Of a stretch of DNA of 64,000 bases, positions 45,866-56,110 are shown piece by piece. Location of the stretch: positions 32,001-96,000 of IMG/VR virus record IMGVR_UViG_2816332575_000002; one strand, 5' to 3'. The notes under the pieces are model-generated. The model was not told the DNA's origin. It searched no databases and saw only the letters and a program-made list of their open reading frames with translations. The translations under genes and the position numbers were made by a program. This DNA is from a virus. Its lineage: Duplodnaviria > Caudoviricetes. Numbering within the stretch: the first letter of the stretch is position 1; every line of letters starts with the position of its first letter.

Positions 45866-47500
45866 GTGTTCACCGGCAAACTGCACCCGTATCAAGAGGT
45901 CGACTTCTCGCGAATAGTCGAGAGAGGCTCCATGCTGTGCGCCTACACCATGGGGCTCGGCAAGACCGTGCTGTCTATAGCCGTCATGGAGGAGTGGCTC
46001 GCTCAGGACGATGTCGAGACCTGCATGATCGTGGTACCCGCGTCTCTGAAGTGGCAGTGGGCCGAGGCGCTGGCCCGCTTCACCGACGTGCCCACCAAGC
46101 GGCGTCCGGTGGGGCGGGCTTTCGTCGTGGTCCCGGACGACTCCGCCTGTGTCGTGGTCGACGGCTCGAAGGCCCAGAAAGAGCGGCAGTACGAGCAGAT
46201 CCTGGCGCAGCAGCCGGAGTACGTGATTCTCAGCTACGAGGCCGTCATCCACGACTGGCAGCGCGTACGGAAGATTCGGCCGGACGCAGTGGTTCTGGAC
46301 GAGGCGAGTTTCATCAAGAGCTTCCGGGCACAGCGGTCGAAGAAGCTGAAGCGGCTCACGGCCAGCTACCGGCTCGGCCTGTCTGGCACCGTCATCGACA
46401 ACGGCCAGCCCGAGGAACTGTTCTCCATCTTTGAATGGGTGGATCCCGAGGTGCTCGGCCGCTGGGACCTCTTCGACGCGGCCTTCATTCAACGCTCCCG
46501 CACCGGAATCCCACTGGCGTACAAGAACCTGCCGCTGCTGCACAAGAAGCTGCGGACGGCGATGATCCGCCGGACCTACCGAGATCCTGACGTGGCGCCT
46601 TTCATGCCGGCGGTCCGGGAGAAGGAGTTGCCGGTGCGGCTTGATGGCCAGACGCGGGCGGCCTACGCCCACATCGCCCGCGACCTCCTGGACGAGCTGG
46701 ACAAGCTGGGTGGCGCTGGGCAGAGCCTGGACCTGGCCGCGTTGTACGCCGGGCGAGCAGACACCGGAACCGCTGTCCAGGGCCGGGTCATGGCTCGCCT
46801 CAGCGCCCTTCAGATGCTCTTGAACTACCCATCGCTGCTACTGGATTCGGCGGACGCCTACATGGCCGGGGAGGGCGGAAGCCAGTACGCCGCGCAGCTC
46901 ATGGAGGCTGGCGTGCTCCAAGGACTGGGTTCCCCGAAGTTCGATGCCGTCACTCATTACCTCCGACGGCGCCTGCTGGCCGACGCGGACCTGAAGATCG
47001 TGCTCTTCGCCTTTCACAAGGGCGTGCTGCCGCGGCTGGCTCAGGCCCTGGAGCAGTGGGGGTCGGTGCAGTTCACCGGCGACATGAATGCCAGGCAGAA
47101 GGCAGAGTCCAAGGCCCTCTTCGCCCACGATCCAGCGGTACGGCTCTTCCTCGCCAGTGATGCCGGCGGGTATGGCTTGGACCTGCCGCAGGCCCGGTTG
47201 CTGATCAACTTCGATCAGCGGGACTCCGCCGGCGCCATGGACCAGCGCAACAGCAGACACGTGCGGGCCAGCTCCGAGTTCGCGGAGGTAGAGGTCGTTC
47301 ACGTGCTGGCCGAGGACACGATCGAGGAGCGGCGAATGGAGCGGCTGACCGTGAAGCGGCGTACGACCGGCGCCATCCTCGATGGCCGCGGCGCTGATAA
47401 GGACGGGCGCGTGGTCAGCGATGCGGAATCGCTGCGTGTCCATCTGGAGCGCTTCCTCAGCGCTGACACGGCGAAGTTGGCGTCACATCTGGCGGCCTAA
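45866..47500 (+). CDS. SNF2-family helicase
   Basis: 'MGLGKT', 'VLDEAS', 'LSGT', 'GGYGLDL', 'QRNSR'. Confidence 0.88.
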   Translation: MFTGKLHPYQEVDFSRIVERGSMLCAYTMGLGKTVLSIAVMEEWLAQDDVETCMIVVPASLKWQWAEALARFTDVPTKRRPVGRAFVVVPDDSACVVVDGSKAQKERQYEQILAQQPEYVILSYEAVIHDWQRVRKIRPDAVVLDEASFIKSFRAQRSKKLKRLTASYRLGLSGTVIDNGQPEELFSIFEWVDPEVLGRWDLFDAAFIQRSRTGIPLAYKNLPLLHKKLRTAMIRRTYRDPDVAPFMPAVREKELPVRLDGQTRAAYAHIARDLLDELDKLGGAGQSLDLAALYAGRADTGTAVQGRVMARLSALQMLLNYPSLLLDSADAYMAGEGGSQYAAQLMEAGVLQGLGSPKFDAVTHYLRRRLLADADLKIVLFAFHKGVLPRLAQALEQWGSVQFTGDMNARQKAESKALFAHDPAVRLFLASDAGGYGLDLPQARLLINFDQRDSAGAMDQRNSRHVRASSEFAEVEVVHVLAEDTIEERRMERLTVKRRTTGAILDGRGADKDGRVVSDAESLRVHLERFLSADTAKLASHLAA

Positions 47501-47620
47501 GCGCTCGGCAACAGTTGATACACGCAGGCGGTTTGCAAGCTGCAAGATGCACTTTGACCTGCATGTTCTCCGGTTAGTCGGTTTGGGTCTGACGGGCTCT
47601 GACACGCAAGCGTGCAACTT

Positions 47621-47665
47621 ATGTGCTCCTATTGTGCAGGTGCACAGTTCATGTAATGTGCTCCT
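47621..47665. promoter_or_regulatory. Promoter/operator region with direct repeats and a palindrome
   Basis: ATGTGCTCCT at 47621 and 47656 flanking TGTGCA-GG-TGCACA. Confidence 0.45.
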
Positions 47666-47710
47666 GCCGCTGGTCAAGCGGAACGGCATTCAGCAAGCCA
47701 GAGGAGACCC

Positions 47711-48172
47711 ATGCAGTTCAGCGACGCCCCCGTTACCCGCACCGCCGCCACGTCCGAAACCGACCTGGAACGCCTGGCTGCCGCGTACACGTACATCCGC
47801 AACCGCGTCGAGCCTCAGACGGCGGAGCTGAACCAGCTGAAGAAGAAGTTGAGCGCCATGACGCAGCAGCTCGGCGTCCGCGACGAAAACGGCTCCTACA
47901 CCGTCGCCCTCCAGCGCTCCTACGACGTGGGCGACAAGCGGGTCTCCGGACTGAAGTGGCAGCGCTCAGTGACGAGGATCGCTGACGAGGAGGCCGCAGA
48001 GCGCATCGCCAAGAAGAAGAAGTGCACCGGCCGCCTCTTCCCCCGCCAGCCCGTCTTCGACCCGCAGGAGGTCTACGTCCTCTTCCAGGAAGGGCGCCTC
48101 ACCGAAGAGGAAGTCGACGAGATATTCCCCGAGAAGGAGACCTTCTCCTTCGTCCTCGTGAAGGAGCAGTAG
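47711..48172 (+). CDS. Hypothetical phage protein
   Basis: GAGGAG RBS. Confidence 0.7.
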   Translation: MQFSDAPVTRTAATSETDLERLAAAYTYIRNRVEPQTAELNQLKKKLSAMTQQLGVRDENGSYTVALQRSYDVGDKRVSGLKWQRSVTRIADEEAAERIAKKKKCTGRLFPRQPVFDPQEVYVLFQEGRLTEEEVDEIFPEKETFSFVLVKEQ

Positions 48173-48175
48173 GAG

Positions 48176-48673
48176 ATGCGCGACTGGGAGCGAGAATTCG
48201 CTGTCATCGCGGGCGGCCAGAAACAGAACGCCCCCGCCTACTACCCCGGGTCCAACCGACGCATCCGAAGCGTCAACCCGGCCACCATGCGCCTGGTCAC
48301 ACCCGAACCCGAGCCGGAAGTCACCTGGGATGCCAAGCCACGCATCTACCGACTCGGCGGTGAACTGAAGGAATTCTTCTCCATCGGGCACCTTGCTCTC
48401 GCGCTCAACCGCCGCCCGGTCACCATCCGCAAGTGGGAGCGCCTCGGCATCATCCCCGCCCCCACCTTCGTTGTCCGCGGCAAGTCGCCCCGAGGCGACC
48501 GGCGACTCTACACCCGCGCCCAGGTCGAAGGAATGATCCGCATCGCCACGGAAGAAAACATCCTCCACCACGAGGGCGAAGGTATCCACATTTCCACCAC
48601 TAACTTCTCTACGCGCGTTGTCGCACTCTTTAAGGACCTGTCCGAAACGACTGAGGGAGATCGCGCTGCATGA
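48176..48673 (+). CDS. MerR-like HTH DNA-binding protein
   Basis: 'FSIGHLALALNRRPVTIRKWERLGIIP..RRLYT'. Confidence 0.75.
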   Translation: MRDWEREFAVIAGGQKQNAPAYYPGSNRRIRSVNPATMRLVTPEPEPEVTWDAKPRIYRLGGELKEFFSIGHLALALNRRPVTIRKWERLGIIPAPTFVVRGKSPRGDRRLYTRAQVEGMIRIATEENILHHEGEGIHISTTNFSTRVVALFKDLSETTEGDRAA

Positions 48674-48906
48674 CCGTTGCCGTTAAGCGCCTGACCGAGC
48701 GATACAACATGGGCAGCTATGAGCACATCGAAGTAACCGCCGAAGTCGAATACGACCCCGAGGCCACGGACATCGTCGAAGTCGAAGACCAGCTCGACGT
48801 AATGCTCGCCCGCGAACGCCTCCTCGCCCGGCAGCACACCACCGAGGAGAACAGCCTCGCCCACGTCCACCCGGCCCTGACCAAGCCGCACACCAAGAGG
48901 AGCTAA
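48670..48906 (+). CDS. Hypothetical protein
   Basis: ATGA coupling. Confidence 0.65.
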   Translation: MTVAVKRLTERYNMGSYEHIEVTAEVEYDPEATDIVEVEDQLDVMLARERLLARQHTTEENSLAHVHPALTKPHTKRS

Positions 48907-48908
48907 CC

Positions 48909-49826
48909 ATGGCGCGCAGAGCGACGTTCGCCGATGACGATCTCGACGAGACCATTTCGGAGGAACGGCCCCGCCGCTCCAGGCATGCAGACGATGACGA
49001 CCGGCCGCGGAAGCGTCCCCGCCGGCCCACCTTCGATGAGGACGATGAGGACGTGGAGGAGCGCCCCAAGCCGCGGCGCTCCCGTACTTCTGAGGACGAC
49101 GAGTCCGAGCGTCCCAAGCGACGTCCGCGCGGCCGGCGGAGTGCTGATGACGAAGACGAGGGCCGGCCGACTGCCCGGAAGAACGCAGCACGGCAGGCCG
49201 CAGCTGGCGGCTGGGACAGCTTCGACGCACTGGGCAGCGGCGACAAGGGCGATTTCGAGGCCAAGAACGCCCTGCGGCTGAAGATCACAAATGATCCGAC
49301 GCTGATCAAGCTGCTCGACTCGGCGCCCTTCGACAGCATGGGCGTGCACTGGGTGCAGGAGATCAAGTCAGGCAAGCGGAGTTTCCGGTGTCCCGGCGAG
49401 AACTGCTCCCTGTGCGACGACCTGGACCACTACGCCCGCAAGCTGGCCTACTTCAACGTGGCCGCCTTCGACGAGGACACCGAGCAGTGGGAAAACCGCG
49501 TCTGGGAAGTTGGCGTCAAGCTCGGCCGTAAGCTCAAGGCCCTGAATGAGGACAAGAAGCGCGGGCCCATCGACAAGCCTACGCTGTACTTCTCCATCTC
49601 CAAGACTGGCAAGGGTACCTCCACCGAGTACCACCTCGACGCTGTCAAGGCGCGCGACCTCGATGAGGACTGGGGTGTCGACGAGATCGACGAGAAGACC
49701 TACAAGGCTCTGAACGAGAATCGATTCACTGAGCAGTGGGAGCGCATCAGCAAGCCCGAGGAACTGCGCCGTGTCGTGAAGCGGCTGCTGGACGACTCTG
49801 AAGACGACGAGGACGACGACTACTAA
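48909..49826 (+). CDS. Single-stranded DNA-binding protein (gp32-like)
   Basis: 'HW..C....CSLC' zinc motif, 'GKGTSTEY', acidic C-terminal tail; upstream of the polymerase. Confidence 0.7.
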   Translation: MARRATFADDDLDETISEERPRRSRHADDDDRPRKRPRRPTFDEDDEDVEERPKPRRSRTSEDDESERPKRRPRGRRSADDEDEGRPTARKNAARQAAAGGWDSFDALGSGDKGDFEAKNALRLKITNDPTLIKLLDSAPFDSMGVHWVQEIKSGKRSFRCPGENCSLCDDLDHYARKLAYFNVAAFDEDTEQWENRVWEVGVKLGRKLKALNEDKKRGPIDKPTLYFSISKTGKGTSTEYHLDAVKARDLDEDWGVDEIDEKTYKALNENRFTEQWERISKPEELRRVVKRLLDDSEDDEDDDY

Positions 49827-49908
49827 GCCCCTTTCGCGTCCCTACCCGACCGGCCCGCCTCTGTGTCCCCCAGCAGGGAGGCGGGCCTTTCAGTGCCGAG
49901 AGCGGTTA

Positions 49909-51900
49909 ATGAGTCACGTCATCCTCACCAAAGAAGACCTCACCGAAGCAGTCGAGTACTTCAAGCGCCAGGATGCCTACGCCTTCGATGTGGAGACCGT
50001 CGGAGAGCACCGCGGCGTCCCCAGTCAGAACCAGGTCACGTGGCTGTCCATGGCCACCTACGGAGCGACCGTCGTCATCCCGATGGGACATCCCAACGGC
50101 GACACGCTGATCTCCAAGGCCACCCGGAAGAAGAACAAGCAGACCGGGAAGTTCGATGCCATCCCCGCAGTTTGGGATGAGCCGCCGGCCCAGCTCCGGC
50201 CGAGTCAAGTCTTCGAGGCCCTGGAGCCACTTCTCTTCCAGGAGCGCTACCGAAAAATCGCGCAGGGGGCGGTATTCGACCTCGTCAGCGTCGCCAAGTA
50301 CTACGACGAGCAGCCTCCCGTGCCTCGGTACGGCTGCACCCTCGTAGCGTCCTGGCTCCTGGACGAGAACCGGCTCAACGGTCTCAAACCCCGGGTGATC
50401 GAGGAGTACGGCCACAAGTACGACACGGAGAACGTCGGCAAACGCGTAGAAATCCACCCGTTCTCTAAGATCGCCCGCTACGCGTACCTCGACGCCCGCT
50501 ACACCTGGCTGCTGTGGCAGAAGATGGTCCCGCTGCTCCAGGCCGAGGGCCTCTCCCGCGCCATGAGCATGGAGCTTCAAGTCCTTCAGGCCCTGCTCGA
50601 CATGGCGCTCACCGGCGCACCGGTCGACATCGAGGCCCTGCGACGGCTGGACGTGGACCTGGCCCGCCAGCTCGAAGGGATCGTCGAGAGGGTCTACAAG
50701 GCCGCGGGCAAGGTCTTCAACATCAACTCCTCGCAGCAGAAGGCCGACATCCTCTTCGGTATGAAGTCGGCCGGCGGGCAGGGTATCAAGCCCCGCAAGC
50801 TGACCAAGGGCGGTAAGAAGAAGCGCCGCGACGGCGAGAAACCCACCCTCTACGACTACTCCACCGACGCCGAAGAGCTAAAGCGGCACAGCGACAATCC
50901 GGTCTGCGCCACGCTCCTCGAATACCAGGAAGTCAACAAGCTCCACGGCACGTATGTGCAGGGCTACCTGGGCAACGAAAAAGAAGGAAAGCCGTCGATC
51001 ATCTTCGACGGAAGCATTTTCCCCACCTTCAAACAGTACGGGACCGTGACCGGCCGCTTCAGTGCCTCAGAGCCGAACCTCCAGAACGTCCCCAGACCCG
51101 GTACCGAGCTGGGCAAGGCCGTCCGCGGCCTGTTCATTGCCCCTCCGGGGAAGGCCCCGGTTCTCACAGACGCTGGGGCACGGGAGCTGGGCTGGAAGTT
51201 GCTGGTAGCGGATTACGGGCAGATTGAGCTGCGCGTCATCGCTCACTTCCTTGGCTATGGAGCTTGGTACGACGGCTTCCATGCAGGCATAGATGCGCAC
51301 ACCGCCACCGCCTCCGCCGTCTTCGGCGTAAGCCCCGAGAAAGTGACGACCGACCAGCGCAACCGATCCAAGACCCTCGCCTTCGCCGTACTGTTCGGGG
51401 CGGAAGCCGAAACGGTAGCCAAATCGATGGGAGCCTCTGTGGCAGAGGCGGAAGACTTCCTCGCCCTCCAGGCGCGCACCATGCCTGAGGTCGGGAAATT
51501 CAAGGCGTGGCTCATCAGAGACGCGCTGAGTCACGAGGTCCCACACATCCGCACGCTCATCGGACGCAAGCGCCGACTGCCGGACCTGGCCAGCTCGGTG
51601 CGATGGATTCGTGCTCGTGCAGAGCGGCAGCTCCTCAACTCATTGGTCCAGGGATCGGCCGCCGACATCAACAAACTCGCGCTCATTCGCATGGGGCACT
51701 TGTGCCGGCAAAACAGAGAATGGTTGCGCCTGAGCCTCACAGTGCACGATGAGCTGGTGGTCCACTGTCGAGAGGACAAAACCGAAGAAGGGGCCGCGCT
51801 GCTCCAGCAGGCAATGATCGGAACGGAAATTCAGAAGCTGATCAAAGTGCCCCTCACCGCGGACGTCAAGGTGTGCGACCGATGGTCGGAGGCAAAGTGA
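49909..51900 (+). CDS. Family A DNA polymerase with 3'-5' exonuclease
   Basis: 'FDVET', 'TGRFSASEPNLQN', 'ADYGQIELR', 'QGSAADI', 'VHDEL'. Confidence 0.95.
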   Translation: MSHVILTKEDLTEAVEYFKRQDAYAFDVETVGEHRGVPSQNQVTWLSMATYGATVVIPMGHPNGDTLISKATRKKNKQTGKFDAIPAVWDEPPAQLRPSQVFEALEPLLFQERYRKIAQGAVFDLVSVAKYYDEQPPVPRYGCTLVASWLLDENRLNGLKPRVIEEYGHKYDTENVGKRVEIHPFSKIARYAYLDARYTWLLWQKMVPLLQAEGLSRAMSMELQVLQALLDMALTGAPVDIEALRRLDVDLARQLEGIVERVYKAAGKVFNINSSQQKADILFGMKSAGGQGIKPRKLTKGGKKKRRDGEKPTLYDYSTDAEELKRHSDNPVCATLLEYQEVNKLHGTYVQGYLGNEKEGKPSIIFDGSIFPTFKQYGTVTGRFSASEPNLQNVPRPGTELGKAVRGLFIAPPGKAPVLTDAGARELGWKLLVADYGQIELRVIAHFLGYGAWYDGFHAGIDAHTATASAVFGVSPEKVTTDQRNRSKTLAFAVLFGAEAETVAKSMGASVAEAEDFLALQARTMPEVGKFKAWLIRDALSHEVPHIRTLIGRKRRLPDLASSVRWIRARAERQLLNSLVQGSAADINKLALIRMGHLCRQNREWLRLSLTVHDELVVHCREDKTEEGAALLQQAMIGTEIQKLIKVPLTADVKVCDRWSEAK

Positions 51901-51924
51901 TGACTAACTATCAGGAGACTCAAG

Positions 51925-52254
51925 ATGAGTAATTTCTGGGCACGAGCCGTAGGAGCACCCACACCGCCGGCACAGGCAACCCCATCGAGCGCACCGCAGC
52001 CCGCACCTCCCTCAGCGGCTCCGACAAAGGCACAGTCGGCCGCGTCCGTATCCCGCTGTCCCAACTGTGCGAGCGGCAATTACATGGCTCCGCCGACCGC
52101 CCCCGCGGCGCTCCGCTGTTACGACTGTGGCTACCCGAAGCTCCACTCCACCTCCGGCATGGTCGCCTCATCCTCCGACGGCGATCCCAAGCCCGCCCGG
52201 GGACAGGTGGCAGGAAGCGCTTCCCTTAGCAGCATCGTCGGCCGCGTCGGATAA
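51925..52254 (+). CDS. Zinc-ribbon protein
   Basis: CPNC..CYDCGYP. Confidence 0.7.
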   Translation: MSNFWARAVGAPTPPAQATPSSAPQPAPPSAAPTKAQSAASVSRCPNCASGNYMAPPTAPAALRCYDCGYPKLHSTSGMVASSSDGDPKPARGQVAGSASLSSIVGRVG

Positions 52255-52268
52255 CCAAGGACCCCCAC

Positions 52269-54200
52269 ATGACTCTCATAGACAGCAGCGGCGACCTCGC
52301 CGACCCCTACCAGGCATACATCGCCAAGAGCCGCTACGCCCGCTGGCGGGACGACGTAGGCCGGCGCGAGACCTGGACCGAGACCGTCGACCGCTACTTC
52401 GCCTTCATGACCGACCACCTCAAGACCAAGCACGGCTACATCCCGGACAAAGCGCTCGCCTACTCGCTGCGCCAGGCCGTACTCAACCACGAGGTGCTGC
52501 CGTCGATGCGCGCCATGATGACGGCCGGAGGAGCACTCGACCTGTCCGCCATCGCGGGATACAACTGCGCGTACACACCGCTGGACGACCTCCGAGCCTT
52601 CTCCGAAGTCCTCTTCATCCTGCTCAATGGCACCGGCGTGGGCTTCTCCGTCGAACGCCGCTACGTCGACCAGCTCCCGCCCGTCGCCCACCCCCAGCTC
52701 GACCTCGGCACAGTGCTGTGGGTGGGCGACAGCAAGCTCGGCTGGGCTGAGGCTTTTGCCGCCCTGCTGGACATGGTGTGGATTCAGGGCCGCGTCCCCA
52801 CGGTCAACTACGACCGCATCCGACCCGCCGGCTCCAGGCTGAAGACGTTCGGCGGCCGTGCGTCAGGGCCGGAGCCGCTGAAGGATCTGTTCGAGTTCAC
52901 CGTGGAGCTGCTGCGTGTCGCCCAGGGCCGGAAGTTGCGGCCGATCGAAGCTCATGATCTGGCGTGCAAGGTGGCGTCGGTGGTGGTGGTTGGTGGTGTG
53001 CGCCGGTCGGCGATGATCAGCCTCTCCGACCTGGACGACCAGGAGATGGCCCAGGCAAAAGCGGGGGAGTGGTGGATCGCCCACCCCTACCGGGCCCTTG
53101 CCAACAACTCCGCCGTCTACCACGACACCGTCACTCGGGAGCAGTTCGACGCCGAGTGGCAGACGCTGCGGGAATCGGGCAGCGGTGAGCGCGGGATCTT
53201 CCACCGAGACGCGGCCCGCAGGATCGCCGCGCGCTGGGGCCGGCGGGACGCCGACACCGAGTACGGCACCAACCCGTGCAGCGAGATCATCCTGCGCCCT
53301 CGGTCCTTCTGCAACCTGTCCACCGTCGTCGTACGCCCGCAGGACGACCTGCTCGACCTGAAGCGCAAGATCAGCCTGGCGGCGATCCTCGGCACCTGGC
53401 AGGCAACTCTGACCGACTTCCCCTTCCTGCGTGAGGAATGGTCACGCAACGCGGAAGAGGAGCGCCTCCTGGGCGCCTCTATGACCGGGATTTTCGGAAA
53501 CCCGCTCCTGGTGGACGGCCACGGTCGCCAGCTGAAGAACGACGTGCTGGAACAACTGCGCCACGAAGCCCGCGTCGCCAACGAGCTGGAGGCGGAGCTG
53601 CTTGGCATTCCGGCCTCGGCTGCCATCACCGCGGTCAAGCCTGAGGGCACGACGTCTCAAATGACCGGTGTGTCGTCCGGCCTGCATCCGCCGCACAGCC
53701 CCTACTGGGTGCGGACCGTGCGCAGCGATGTGAAGGACCCCATCTCGGACTTCCTCATCGACTCCGGCGTTCCCTACGAGAAGGACGTACTCAACGATAC
53801 GAATTGGGTCTTCTCGTTCCCCCAGCGGGCCGCTGCCGGCGCTCTGACGCGAGACGACCTGAGCGCTGTTGAGCACCTGGAACTGTGGCTCGACTACCAG
53901 CGCCATTACTGCGAGCACAAGCCGTCCGTGACGGTGTCCGTCCGAGAAACGGAGTGGGACGGGGTACGAGAATGGGTGTGGCAGCACATCGACGAGATGT
54001 CAGGAGTATCGTTTCTTCCCTTCTCTAACCATACGTATCAGCAGGCGCCTTACCAGGAGTGCCAGGAAGACGCTTACCGTGAGCTGAAGAGCAAGATGCC
54101 GCGTTTGTTCTGGTCGGAGCTGGTGCATTACGAGACCTCGGACCAGACCATCGGGTCGCAGGAATTGGCCTGCGCAGCAGACGGATGTGATCTGAAGTAG
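52269..54200 (+). CDS. nrdJ: Class II (adenosylcobalamin) ribonucleotide reductase, monomeric type
   Basis: 'GYNC', 'GGVRRSAMI', 'TNPCSEI', 'VKPEGT', C-terminal 'LACAADGC'; no beta subunit nearby. Confidence 0.92.
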   Translation: MTLIDSSGDLADPYQAYIAKSRYARWRDDVGRRETWTETVDRYFAFMTDHLKTKHGYIPDKALAYSLRQAVLNHEVLPSMRAMMTAGGALDLSAIAGYNCAYTPLDDLRAFSEVLFILLNGTGVGFSVERRYVDQLPPVAHPQLDLGTVLWVGDSKLGWAEAFAALLDMVWIQGRVPTVNYDRIRPAGSRLKTFGGRASGPEPLKDLFEFTVELLRVAQGRKLRPIEAHDLACKVASVVVVGGVRRSAMISLSDLDDQEMAQAKAGEWWIAHPYRALANNSAVYHDTVTREQFDAEWQTLRESGSGERGIFHRDAARRIAARWGRRDADTEYGTNPCSEIILRPRSFCNLSTVVVRPQDDLLDLKRKISLAAILGTWQATLTDFPFLREEWSRNAEEERLLGASMTGIFGNPLLVDGHGRQLKNDVLEQLRHEARVANELEAELLGIPASAAITAVKPEGTTSQMTGVSSGLHPPHSPYWVRTVRSDVKDPISDFLIDSGVPYEKDVLNDTNWVFSFPQRAAAGALTRDDLSAVEHLELWLDYQRHYCEHKPSVTVSVRETEWDGVREWVWQHIDEMSGVSFLPFSNHTYQQAPYQECQEDAYRELKSKMPRLFWSELVHYETSDQTIGSQELACAADGCDLK

Positions 54201-54209
54201 GAGGAACTT

Positions 54210-54392
54210 ATGGCAAGCGAAGCCGAAGCGGCGGTAGCCGCAGCCCTGAAGAGCGTGTCCTCGGGACTGGAAGACCGGATGGAACACTTCTCTGCTGACT
54301 ACGACCCGGAAGGCGACGAGGCAAACTACCCCTGGGCGCTGGGCGAGCTGGCAGATGAGCTGCGCCTCGCAGCGGACGACATCACCGCTTAG
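54210..54392 (+). CDS. Small acidic hypothetical protein
   Basis: GGAGG RBS. Confidence 0.6.
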   Translation: MASEAEAAVAAALKSVSSGLEDRMEHFSADYDPEGDEANYPWALGELADELRLAADDITA

Positions 54393-54410
54393 CAACTCCA
54401 GTTGGTAAGT

Positions 54411-54437
54411 AAGCCCCCGAACCTGGCTCGGGGGCTT
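54411..54437 (+). terminator. Terminator
   Basis: AAGCCCCCGA / TCGGGGGCTT. Confidence 0.7.
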
Positions 54438-54579
54438 CTCCATGCCACAGCTCTTTACCTTTTCGTGACGGAGGGTACCAACATTAGCTTGAGACATTAA
54501 GCGGCAGTCGCGCATAGTCTCCTCGCATCGAAATCGCAGGTAAACCCACTTGCCTGGCAATGATGAGGGGAGGACATTC

Positions 54580-55644
54580 ATGGCCCTGACCGATGAAGCG
54601 GTCGCTCTCATGGCCAAGATAAACAAGCAGTACGGAGCAGGAAGCCTCGTTGTAGCCAGCTCCCTTAAGAACTCCGGGCAGCTCCCTACAGGAATTCTGT
54701 CCCTTGACCTGATCCTCGGCGGCGGGTTCCCTCGCAATCAGTGGAGCGAGGTCATCGGGATGGAAGGCAGTGGAAAGACAACTGTCTGCCACAAGCTCAT
54801 ATCCCACAATCAGGCGGCTAACCCGGACTTCACTGCGCTGTGGATCGCGGCCGAGGCGTACGACAGAGACCAGGCCGCCATGATCGGAGCCAACCCCGAC
54901 CAGGTCATCGTCCACGCCACCAACCGGATGGAAGAGGCTTTCCAGGTCGCCATCGATGCGGCCGAGGCCCGTGCCGTCGACCTCATCGTCCTGGACTCCT
55001 ACCCCGCCCTGGTGCCAGACGGCGAAGCCGAAAAGGACATGGACGAGGCATCCATGACGCTCGGCGCCCGGCTCATGGGAAAGTTCTTCCGGAAGGTCGG
55101 CAAGGAAACCGGCCGCGCCACAACGGACGACACTCGCCCCGTCACCGGAATCATCATCAATCAGTGGCGCGAGAAGATCGGCGGCTTCTCCCCGCAGGGC
55201 ACCCCCAAGACCACACCCGGCGGTCTCGCGAAGAACTTCGCCTACTACTCACGCGTCGAAGTCTCACGAGCTGACTGGATAGACGAAGCGCGCCCCGGAA
55301 AGGGAAAGGCCCGCATCGGCCAGGTCATGCGCTTCCGCACCATCAAGAACAAACAGATCGCCGGGCAGAAGGTCTCGGAGACCGACTACTACTTCGAAGA
55401 CGCCAAGACCACCGCGCTCCGCGCCGGCGACTTCGACATCGGCAAAGACCTCTATCTGTGGGCGCTCTTCTACGACATCCTCACCCGCCGCGGCAGCTAC
55501 TTCGATTTCGGTTCCCACACCTGGAAGGGCAAGGACCCGGTCCTCGCCGCCATCCGAGAAGACCTCGACCTCCAGGAAGAACTCAAACAAGCTGTACTCA
55601 CGGCCGCAGACCCACGTACCCACCAAGCCCTGGAGGCAGCATGA
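54580..55644 (+). CDS. recA: RecA-like recombinase
   Basis: 'TGILSLDLILGGGFP', 'GMEGSGKT', 'IVLDS', 'INQWREKIG', 'TTPGG'. Confidence 0.9.
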   Translation: MALTDEAVALMAKINKQYGAGSLVVASSLKNSGQLPTGILSLDLILGGGFPRNQWSEVIGMEGSGKTTVCHKLISHNQAANPDFTALWIAAEAYDRDQAAMIGANPDQVIVHATNRMEEAFQVAIDAAEARAVDLIVLDSYPALVPDGEAEKDMDEASMTLGARLMGKFFRKVGKETGRATTDDTRPVTGIIINQWREKIGGFSPQGTPKTTPGGLAKNFAYYSRVEVSRADWIDEARPGKGKARIGQVMRFRTIKNKQIAGQKVSETDYYFEDAKTTALRAGDFDIGKDLYLWALFYDILTRRGSYFDFGSHTWKGKDPVLAAIREDLDLQEELKQAVLTAADPRTHQALEAA

Positions 55645-55796
55645 TCCTGACCATCCTGTGGTTTCTCGACGCCCTGCTCGCCATCAACGCCATCGCGTGT
55701 TTCGTCTCAGCCTGGATGGCCCGGAGCGACTGCCGGCACATGCAGGAGATTTTCGACGAGCTGGTGAAGCGTCGAGACAGCCCGGAGAAGCCATGA
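55641..55796 (+). CDS. Small membrane protein
   Basis: Hydrophobic N-terminus, coupled on both sides. Confidence 0.55.
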   Translation: MILTILWFLDALLAINAIACFVSAWMARSDCRHMQEIFDELVKRRDSPEKP

Positions 55797-56110
55797 CCGT
55801 CAGCGGCACCAAGCGCAGCCAGCGCCAGGAGCAGCGACTAGCTACCCGGTACGACGGCCGGTGCAACCCCGGCTCGGGCAACGGCTGGATCTTCAAGAAC
55901 GACGTTCGCTCCGATCGGTTCTCTTTCGAAGCAAAAACCACGACGAAGAAGTCCTACCCCCTGAAGCTTGACGAGCTGCTGGCCGCGGAGAAGCACGCAC
56001 TGATCTCCGGTCGGGAGATGGTCTTCGTCACCGAAATCGGCGGACGCAACTGGATGACAGTCAGCCAGGACACTTTCGACTTCCTTGTGGAAGAGAGCGG
56101 CGATAGCTAG
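55793..56110 (+). CDS. PD-(D/E)XK nuclease, Holliday junction resolvase-like
   Basis: 'E..A......PGSG....KNDV.....FEAK'. Confidence 0.65.
   Translation: MTVSGTKRSQRQEQRLATRYDGRCNPGSGNGWIFKNDVRSDRFSFEAKTTTKKSYPLKLDELLAAEKHALISGREMVFVTEIGGRNWMTVSQDTFDFLVEESGDS

Noticed and set aside
51358-51400. Polymerase motif B ends 'LFG' instead of 'YG'
   Set aside because: A single conservative substitution, too weak to infer altered specificity
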